DNA from: Octopus sinensis
Lineage: Eukaryota
DNA length: 64,000 nucleotides
Direction of reading: 5' to 3'
NCBI RefSeq assembly: GCF_006345805.1
Contig: NC_042998.1
Coordinates: 180,048,001-180,112,000, forward strand
In this document: piece by piece, positions 55,293 through 64,000 of the stretch
How positions within the stretch are numbered: the stretch's first letter is position 1
Layout of the letters: the number at the start of each line of letters is the position of its first letter
The notes under the pieces: model-generated
What the model was told of the DNA's origin: nothing
Databases searched by the model: none
The model's input: only the letters and a program-made list of their open reading frames with translations
Position numbers and translations under genes: made by a program

Positions 55293-55681
55293 GATTCTGA
55301 ACACATCATAAATAAACGACCAACACTGGCGAAGTCGAACAGGCAACTGCTCTCTCCGGCGAAGCACATGGAGATGTTTATAAATCATATATTCGGTAAA
55401 TGGCGGGCTTTTTCGAACTGCATTTCGGATAGGAAAAGTTTTTTCGGAATAAATTTAACAATTAAGGATAACTTCTTAATAAGGAATCTTAACAAGAAAT
55501 TATCAGGTAGTTAGCATGAATTTATTCCGTAAAAACTTTTCCTACTCGAAATGAAGTTCGAAAAAGCCCGCCATTTACCGAATATATGATTTATAAACAT
55601 CTCCATGTGCTTCGCCGGAGAGAGCAGTTGCCTGTTCGACTTCGCCAGTGTTGGTCGTTTATTTATGATGTGTTCAGAATC

Positions 55682-55748
55682 AGTTCTACCGATGAGCATA
55701 GACGCATTTTTTATGCGGTAAGTGCGAAATCACAGGTGATATAGGACT
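55682..55748 (+). ncRNA. Type I hammerhead ribozyme (CCGAUGA core variant)
   Basis: AGTTCTA/TAGGACT stem I (7 bp), CCGATGA, GCAT/GTGC stem II with inner CGCAT/ATGCG, GAAA, TCAC-AG-GTGA stem III, triplet ATA (predicted cleavage after 55741). Confidence 0.75.
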
Positions 55749-55866
55749 AAATTCATTTTTTAAATGTCTTGCTTTGAAAAACTGCATTGGGTATGATTAG
55801 TGAAATTTTGGTAGTAATGACTTATGTCCCTCTTAGTGTGAGGCATTTATGTGTAATAATGCCCTC

Positions 55867-55934
<68 letters not shown>

Positions 55935-55974
55935 TATATATGTATATGTATATATATGTATGTATGTATGTACG

Positions 55975-56006
<32 letters not shown>

Positions 56007-56764
56007 GTATATATGTATGTTTATGTATGTATATATGTTTGTGTGTCTGTATTTGTCTCCCCCACCATCGCTTGACAACTGATGTAGGTGTGTTTACGTC
56101 GCCGTAGCTTAACGGTTCGGCCAAAGTGACCGATAGAATAAGTACTAGGCTTACAAAGAATAAGACCTGGGGTCGATTTGTTCGACTAAAGGTGGTGCTC
56201 CAGTACGGCCGCAATCAAATGACTGAAACAAATAAAAGAATAAAAGAATACCAATAATAATTGGAGCACTAGGTTTTGTTAGTAAATGTTTAAATGAGAA
56301 TCTGGGTAAACTGGGATTTTCAGAACGAAGAATCGACCAGCTAACTCATACAAGTGCAGTTGGTGAGTGGAACAGTAAAAATATGCAAGACTTTTCTCAA
56401 GTTACAAATGTGAATTTGTCTGTGTTAACTACATCTCAAAGATGGAGCCTTGTATCTTTGTTGGACACCGGCTCCCTTCTCAGTGATTTATAATTTTTAA
56501 TAAGATTTATAATTAAAAAATAGAGAATACATACATATATACATATATCGGGGTCAATAAATTAAGTAACAGTTGCGTACTGGTGTCGATCTAATCGACT
56601 GGCACCTCCTACCCCAAAATTCGGGCCTAGTGCCTTGAGTAGAAAAGATTCTTGTACTTATTCTATTGGTTACTTTGGCCGGACCGCTATGCAACGTAGA
56701 CAAATACAGACGCAAACACACCTAGAAATATTCGCGCATTCGCACCTCCACATATATTAATATA

Positions 56765-56805
<41 letters not shown>

Positions 56806-56809
<4 letters not shown>

Positions 56810-56940
56810 ACAATCAAGGAACGGCCATAATAGGCCATTCACCCACTAGAAATAACAGCCAAAGCTTCAACCGCGGTTGAAGCTTTGCTGTTATTTCTAG
56901 TGGGTGAATGGCCTATTATGGCCGTTCCTTGATTGTTGAT
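56806..56940. repeat. Spacerless palindrome, ~67-bp arms, inside (TA)n
   Basis: Centre CCG|CGG at 56871-56876; the arms differ by one inserted C. Confidence 0.95.
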
Positions 56941-57046
56941 GTTGAATTTATAAATGGTCTTTGACTATTTAATTTTTTCCCACTAGGCCGCTGGTGGCAA
57001 AAAATTCTAAGAAAAATTCTACGAATTTTTTGCCACCCTATATTGA

Positions 57047-57098
<52 letters not shown>

Positions 57099-57110
57099 TA
57101 TATATATATA

Positions 57111-57302
57111 TAGGGAGAGTTTACGAAAAAAACAAAAGACGAAGACAGGTGGAGTACAAAACAAACAGATGTATTAGTATAACGCTCAGAAATAGAAAAA
57201 GTCTTTTACGTTTCGAGCCTACGCTCTTCTACAGAAAGGGACACAGAAAAAACAAGGGGAGAAAAATATGTGTGTAGTGGCTAACGATTTATCATGGAGA
57301 CT
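57111..57302 (-). mobile_element. Second copy of the 17890-18172 element, with a minimal hammerhead-like motif
   Basis: Minus strand CTTT-CTGTAGAAGAGCGTAGGCTCGAAACGTA-AAAG (core 57207-57234); (TA)n on both sides. Confidence 0.65.
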
Positions 57303-57494
57303 ATATATATATATATATATCAACGACGGGTTTCTTTTAGTCTCCCCTATCAAATCCAATAACAAGACTTTAGTCGACCCCAGCCTCCATTAGGTGACAA
57401 GAAATGAGACTAAATCCAGAACCATGTGGCTGGGAAGCAACCCCCCTCACCACTCAGCCACGCCTGCGTGTATGTATGTGTATACACACACACA

Positions 57495-57532
<38 letters not shown>

Positions 57533-57854
57533 ACACACACACATATACATATATAATATTTATTGTTCCAAAACAAAAATACAGTGAATTCGAAGTTTCG
57601 GTCTACTGTGTCTTTATTCTTGTATTTATATGTGTGTGACTACGCGTGTGTATGTATGTATGTATGTATGTATTTATGTACGTATGTATGTATTTGAGCA
57701 TGTTTGAGTGTGTGTGTGTGTGTGTGTTTGTATGTGTTTGTGCGTGCGTGTTTCTTAAATGACATCGTAACCTTGGTCATATCAATATAAACACATACGT
57801 AGGCACAATATTAGACGCTGTCGCTCCTATCCCTACTGCTGTCGTTGTTGCCGT

Positions 57855-57867
57855 CGATGATGATGAT

Positions 57868-57910
<43 letters not shown>

Positions 57911-57999
57911 CTAATGATGATGATGATGATGATGATGATGGTGGTGATGCTAATGATGCTGATGACGACAATGGCGTCGATAGCAATGACCACGACAGC

Positions 58000-58042
<43 letters not shown>

Positions 58043-58175
58043 GTGATGGTGATGATGATGGTGATGGTGATGATGATGGTGATGGTGATGATGATGGTGA
58101 TGCTAATGATGATGCTGCTGATGACGACAATGACATCGATAGCAATGACCACGGCAGCGATGATGATGATGATGC
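57855..58175. repeat. (GAT)n tract with a duplicated higher-order unit
   Basis: GATGACGACAATG(G/A)C(G/A)TCGATAGCAATGACCACG(A/G)CAGCG at ~57961 and ~58120. Confidence 0.9.
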
Positions 58176-58257
58176 GAGAAAATGTTGATGCCAACAGTCG
58201 TATTGCTGTCCTTATATGGACAGGAGACAAGACTGGAAGTGCTCGGACAGCACTTAC

Positions 58258-58302
58258 CCTGTACCTGACCACCATTTTTATGGCTGCTGTGAAATTTATC
58301 TC
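58258..58302 (-). CDS. Candidate 45-nt internal exon of an unidentified minus-strand gene
   Basis: Acceptor TTTAATTTTCCTCCGTCGTAGTTTCAG|, donor CAGG|GTAAGT, length 3n, open in phase 1 as (G)DKFHSSHKNGGQVQ; lies in unique sequence. Confidence 0.45.
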
Positions 58303-58938
58303 CTGAAACTACGACGGAGGAAAATTAAATTTTCCGGATGATGGGAACCAGTATCGGAAAATACCCATGTTATTTGTGTTTCCATTAAAACATTTGTGTT
58401 GTTGTTGGCGTTGTAGTTGTTGTTGTTATTGGTAGTGATAGTGACAGTCGTAGTCGGGAAGTGGCCATAGTGGTCGTGGAAGTATTACTATTTAACCCTA
58501 GGTTCGCCCTGACAATTTTGCTTAGATAGAGATCTACTGTAACCAGCTAAACATTCTGTAAGGTGTATCTTTCTGTATGAAAGCAGCAGGATTGTATGAT
58601 TTGAGAGAGGTTTGGCTGCTAGAAAAAGGAACCAAATCTCCCTCAAATCACAGGACTGTATAAAAACATCCTTTGTTAGTAGCATAATGAAATAATGACG
58701 ATATCATTGGTGTTTGTGTATACATACACATATATGAGTGTGTCTGTATGTATGCACACACAGGCGCGCGCACGCACACACACACACACACACACACATA
58801 TGTAGGTGCAGACATTTTTGTATGGTAAGAAGCATCCAACCACATAATTCTGGATTCAGTCCTTCCTTTAGGCAAGTGTCTTCTACTATAACTTTGGGCC
58901 ATCCAAAACCTTGTGAATGGATTGGTAGAAGCAGATCG

Positions 58939-59005
<67 letters not shown>

Positions 59006-59614
59006 TTGTATATATATATATGTGTGTGTGTGTGTATGCACGTATGTATGTATATATTATATATATGTATATATATATGTGTGTGTGTATGTATATATAT
59101 ACATATATCCATATATATATGTGTGTGTATGTGTATATATATATATAATCATATATATATATGCATATATATATGTATATATATATAATTATATATATAT
59201 ATATATATGCACACACACTTAATCTACAGAAGTTACTCATGATTCGAGAATTTCGTGTATTGTTATTCATGAAACCTGTATCTATATATTAATCTCTCCC
59301 CTTCTCTCTCTCGTTGTGTCTCTGTTTGACCGCCTCTCTGGTTAATATATAAAACGAAAATATTTACTCAGTGAAAATGTATTTTCATATTTTTATTTTC
59401 ATACATATAAATATATATAAGAAAGCTATTTTCTATTTAAATTAAAAAGTTAAAAATGCTTTTAGAAAAAAATATACATCAATATAAAACTTTGGCGTAT
59501 TTTCATACCTTTTCCAGTATCTTTCGTGCATATGTGTACGTGCATATATATTTATATACACATATATATACATATATATACATATATAATATATATATAT
59601 ATATAATATATATA

Positions 59615-59654
<40 letters not shown>

Positions 59655-59664
59655 TATATATATA

Positions 59665-59698
<34 letters not shown>

Positions 59699-59740
59699 GT
59701 ATATATAATATGCATGTATGTATGTATGTATTTATATATG

Positions 59741-60111
59741 TAGTAAGAAGCTTCTTTCTCAACCGCATGGTTCCTGGTTGAGTTCCACTACTTGACATCT
59801 TGGGCGAGTCTTTTCTACTATAGCTTCAGGCCGACCAAAGCCTTGTGAAGTGATTTGATAGACGGAAACTGAAGGAAGCCCGTCGCATATAATATATGTG
59901 TGTGTGCGTGTGTGTGTGTGTATGTGTGTATGTTGTCACTAGCCCACCACCGATTTACACCCGATGCTGGTGTGTTTATGTTTTCTTAAAGAAGCGGTTC
60001 GGTAAAAGAGCCCGATAAAATAAGTGTTAGGGTCGATTTCTTTGACTAAAACCCTCTAAGGGTGCTCCAGCATGGCCGCAAATGGCTGAAGTAAGTAAAA
60101 GAATAAAAGAA
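59741..60111 (+). mobile_element. Family 1 SINE
   Basis: Colinear with the other family 1 copies; AAAAGAAT tail. Confidence 0.85.
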
Positions 60112-60289
60112 TATATATATATATATATATACCCGCATAATGCGTGTTGAGCAGTAGCTATAAGGGTTTGTAACTGAGTAACTCTCAGCAGTGGTGGTTA
60201 GAAAAGGGTTGCTGATGTTGATGGTTGCTGTTGTTGTTTCTGATATTGCCCATCTCCTCTTTAAGTCAATATTGATCGAACTGTAATGC

Positions 60290-60868
60290 AGTTAGCTGGG
60301 AGAATCGTTAGCACGCCGGCAAAATGCTTAGCGATATTTCGTCTACATTTACGTTCCGAATTCAAATTCCGAAGAGGTCGACTTTGTCTTTCATCCTTTC
60401 GGGGTCGATTAAATAAGTACCAGTTACGCACTGGGGTCGATGTAATCGACTTAATCCGTTTGTCTATCCTTGTTTGTCCTCTCTATGTTTAGCCCCTTGT
60501 AAGTAGTAAAGAAATATGTATTTCGTCTGCGGCTATGTTCCGGGTTCAGATTCCGCCAAGGTCAACTTTGCCTTTCATCCTTTCGAGGTCGATTAAATAA
60601 GTACCAGTTACGCACTGGGGTCGATAGAATCGACTTAATCCGTTTGTCTGACCGTATTTGTCCCCTCTGTGTGTAGCCCCTTGTGGGCAGTAAGGAAATA
60701 GGTATTTCGTCTATCTTTATGTTCTGAGTTCAAATTCCGCCGAGGTCGACTTTGCCTTTCATCTTTTTGGGGGTCGATAAATTAAGTACCAGTTGCGTGC
60801 TAGGGTCGATGTAATCAACTGTACCCCCTGCCCTAAAATTTCGGGCCTTGTGCATAGAGTAGACAATA
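60290..60868 (+). mobile_element. Family 2 SINE with an internal ~184-bp tandem trimer
   Basis: TATTTCGTCT unit starts at ~60335, ~60519 and ~60703. Confidence 0.9.
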
Positions 60869-61529
60869 ATATTGATCGAATTGTGCTGCTACACTTATCT
60901 CGTTTTGTCGGCGATATAGTAGGACTGTATCATCTCATAACCCGTTATTCCTTACCTAAGACAATTCTTCCTTACCTAAGACAATTCTTCCTGATTTAAG
61001 GATATTGCGCTGTTTCTTATTGAAGACAACTAAGCGCTAATATGGCTATTTCCAGCAGGCCGAGCATTGCCTCGGCTATATGACTTTGCGAAGTTGGCCG
61101 ACAATCTCAGCATTTAGGGTTGCGCTGATTAATGGTGGTATGATGGCATTGATGAATGTAAGGTGAGGGGCAAGTAGCTTGTTCTTGAAGATAAAAATTC
61201 GTTAAAGAGGGACGAGTTTGTGATGGTAAATGGAGGAAGTTAGTGGTGAACGTGTGTGTCTGTGTGTCTGTGTATCTGTATGTACATGTGCGTATGTTTG
61301 TGTGAGTGCGTGTGCAAGTGGTATACTCGCAAGAGTCGTCGAAATGGCGGTAGTATAGGGGTGGCAGTGCGGGCTGGGGATATTGAAAGTTTGGCGAACA
61401 TGGCAGAAGAGTTAGCGTTTGTAACAGTGAAGCTGTTGTTTTGTGCAGTTCTTGCTGTTGTTGTTGTTGTCTTAGTCAGTGTTGATGATGGGAATTTAAT
61501 GGTTAGCAGAGAAGGATACATCGATTAGG

Positions 61530-62990
61530 TAATGATGGTGGCGGCGGTGGTGGTGGTGGTAGTGGTGGTGGTGGTGATGGTGATTATGCTGATGCTGATG
61601 ATGATGGTAGTAGTGGTGGTAGTGGCGGTGATGGTGGTGATAGTGATGATGGTGGGGGTGGTGCGGGTGGTGGTGGTGGTAGTAGTGGTGGTGGTTTTGG
61701 CGGTGGTGGTGTTGATGGTGGTGTTGGTGTTAGCGTTGCTGCTGATGCTGATGATGGTAACAGTGGTGGTGGCAATGATGTTAATGATGACGAAGAGGAG
61801 GGTGGTGGTGGTTGTGGTAGTGGTGATGGTGATGATGGTGATTATGCTGATGCTGATGATGATGGTAGTAGTGGTGGTAGTGGTGGTGATGGTGGTAGTG
61901 GTGGTGATGGTGGTGATAGTGATGATGATGATGGTGGTGGTGGTGGTGGTGGTGGTGGTGGTAGTAGTGGTGGTGGTTTTGGCGGTGGTGGTGTTGGTGG
62001 TGGTGTTGGTGTTGGTGTTGGTGTTGGTGTTAGCGTTGCTGCTGGTGCTGATGATGATAACGGTGGTGGTGGCAATGATGTTAATGATGGAGAAGAGGAG
62101 GTGGAGAAGGGTGGTGGTGGTGATGATTATGCTGATGCTGATAATGATAGTAGTGGTGGTGGTAGTAGTGGTGATGGTGGTGATAGTGATGATGATGGTG
62201 GTGGTGGTGGTGGTGGTGGTGGTAGTGGTGGGTGGTGTTTTTGGCGGTGGTGGTGTTGGTGTTAGCGTTGCTGCTGATGCTGATGATGGTAACGGTGGTG
62301 GTGGCGGCGGCAATGATGTTAATGATGACGAAGAGGAGGAAGAGGAGGATGGTGGTGGTGGTGGTGGTGGTGGTGGTGGTGGTGGTAGTGGTTGCACTAA
62401 TTGTTGTATGGAAGGTAGTGATGGCAAGCGTAAGCGGAAGAAAAAGATGGCTGTCGGTGGTGTGTTGGTCTAACTATTTGGTGATGTCGGTCGGTTGTGA
62501 CTACGTTGATGGCTATGACGGTGGGTACGAGACGAGTGAGGATCGTGGCATTTAAGTAGCATTCTGAGTGCACATTTAAATGGACTGAGTATATTCGGTG
62601 ACGCTGTCGATCATGGTTGTAATGATAAGCGGTGCCGCTGGGGTAACATTTTGTAGAAACGGTTATGGAACTGTTTAGTGTCTGTTGCTGGTAATGGGGT
62701 ATATAGGTGGCTGCGATAGTTTTTAGTGATTACTTTGGGAAGATTCGGTGGTGGTGGTGGTGGGGGTGGGATAGTGGGGGTGGGGGTGATGGTGGTGGTG
62801 GCGATGGTGGTGGTGATGGTGGTGGTGGTGGTGGTGATGATGGTGGTGGTGGGGAAAGTGGTGGTGGTGGTGGTGGTGATGATGGTGGTGGTGGTGATGA
62901 TGGTGGTGGGGAAAGTGGTGGTGGTGGTGGTGGTGGTGGTGGTGGTGATGGCGGTGGTGGAGGTGGAAGTGGTGGTGGTGATGGTGATGG
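61530..62990. repeat. G-rich (GGT/GAT)n complex trinucleotide repeat with higher-order units
   Basis: GGCAATGATGTTAATGATG(A/G)(C/A)GAAGAGGAG recurs at ~61771, ~62071 and ~62309. Confidence 0.9.
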
Positions 62991-63189
62991 AAGGAAGAGA
63001 CAATATCGCTAATGTCTTCCCCAGTCAATGTTGGGGGGAAACATTCCCGGAAGATGCGATGCTACCTTGACAACACTGTCCACTTTGATAGACTTTAAAG
63101 ATGTCGCCGTCGTTATTAATGAAGGTGACTGGCTTCTCCTCAGTGACACAATTGGCAGAGAGGAGAGAAAAGGAAAGAAAGAAAGAGAG

Positions 63190-63241
<52 letters not shown>

Positions 63242-63894
63242 TGAGTGAGTGAATGAGTGAGAGAAAGAGTGAGTGAGTGTGCAGATAAGAAACTCCATTT
63301 ACATGAGATAGACAGTCAACAATGACAAATGGCGTCGTGACCGTCAAACCAAGTGAAAAATGCCTCGGGAAACTCAAATTCGAATAAATCTAATGTGTAA
63401 ATTAGAACAGTTTGATTGAGAAAACCAGATTTTATTTAATCACGACCATTGCTTTCTAATAAATTATCCGTTCCTTTTACATGTTTATGGCTCACAAATA
63501 TAACTGTCGGATTGGACTTTAAGCTGTGTTAGAACCAGGATCTTGTTTATAGTGTGCGGTTTATAGTCACTCGTCCGACACTAGCGAGAAATAATGTCAC
63601 AGTATTACGCTCACAAACAAGTGCATATACAAACATACACACGAAAACATATACACGCGTGCTCTTCGCTCTCATGTATGCACATCTCTATATATATGCA
63701 TGTATTTGGTGTGTTAGTATATAAATGAATTATAAATGAATTTGCTAAGAACAATGTTATAAATAATATTAAACGGTAGATTTCGTAAACAACCAAGGAG
63801 GGAACTCCCTACGAGCTCACTAGGCATTCAAGAAATAGCAATCAGGTCTGTTTCAAAGAAGCCTATTATCTTAACATATGCAGTGTTTAAATAA

Positions 63895-64000
63895 GGGCAG
63901 TGAGCAGGCAGAATCGTTGGCACACCGGGTAAAATGCTTAGCAGTATTTCGTCTGCCCTTAGGTTCTGAGTTCAAATTCCGCCGAGGTCGACTTTGTCTT
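63895..64000 (+). mobile_element. Family 2 SINE, running off the window end
   Basis: GGCAGTGAGCAGGCAGAATCG...GAGTTCAAATTCCGCCGAGGTCGACTTTG. Confidence 0.85.

Larger units (their letters stand above)
54974..55876. mobile_element. Element C: 479-bp-period partial tandem plus ~358-bp inverted copy, one hammerhead per arm
   Basis: 54974-55041 is directly repeated at 55453-55520. 55097-55455 is a near-identical reverse complement of 55519-55876. Flanked by (TA)n. Confidence 0.9.
54808..56248 (+). mobile_element. Family 1 SINE split by element C
   Basis: 5' half at 54808-54965 (GGCGTAGGAGTGGCTGTGTGG...GAAAGAAGCCCGTCG); 3' half at ~56030-56248. Confidence 0.9.
54330..56525 (+). mobile_element. R4/Dong-like LINE RLE endonuclease domain and 3' end, split by nested insertions (54808-56248)
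   Basis: RHDVLAKTIY...RNRADIFVW...CTIIEVSCPADINISLKMKEKENNY continues after the insertion as PIIIGALGFVSKCL...GTVKICKTFLK. Confidence 0.85.

Noticed and set aside
57811-58306. Poly-Met and poly-Ile ORFs
   Set aside because: (GAT)n trinucleotide tract.
63009-63377. 122-aa minus-strand ORF
   Set aside because: Spans a (TC)n tract; no recognisable domain or convincing splice sites.

Overview
AT-rich, microsatellite-dense eukaryotic DNA. The tRNA-derived SINE families and the density of (TA)n/(CA)n/(TACA)n/(GATA)n tracts suggest a coleoid cephalopod, probably Octopus; this is inference from recall, not a database match. No intact protein-coding gene is visible, and almost all ORFs in the supplied track are translations of simple repeats. 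Supported content: many SINE copies (four families); decayed Tc1/mariner elements (one near full-length Tc1, two mariner remnants, one DD41D-type element with an internal inversion); hAT- and Merlin-like MITEs with TSDs; LINE fragments (L1/Tx1, RTE, R4/Dong); two possible 7TM GPCR pseudogene relics; and one clean 45-nt minus-strand microexon candidate. The most interesting signal is a set of short non-coding elements inserted in (TA)n tracts that carry type I hammerhead-ribozyme folds, with compensatory base changes visible between copies. They occur in partial-tandem and fold-back (inverted) arrangements, as expected for non-autonomous Penelope-like or retrozyme-like retroelements. All coordinates and alignments were done by eye; repeat boundaries are approximate.
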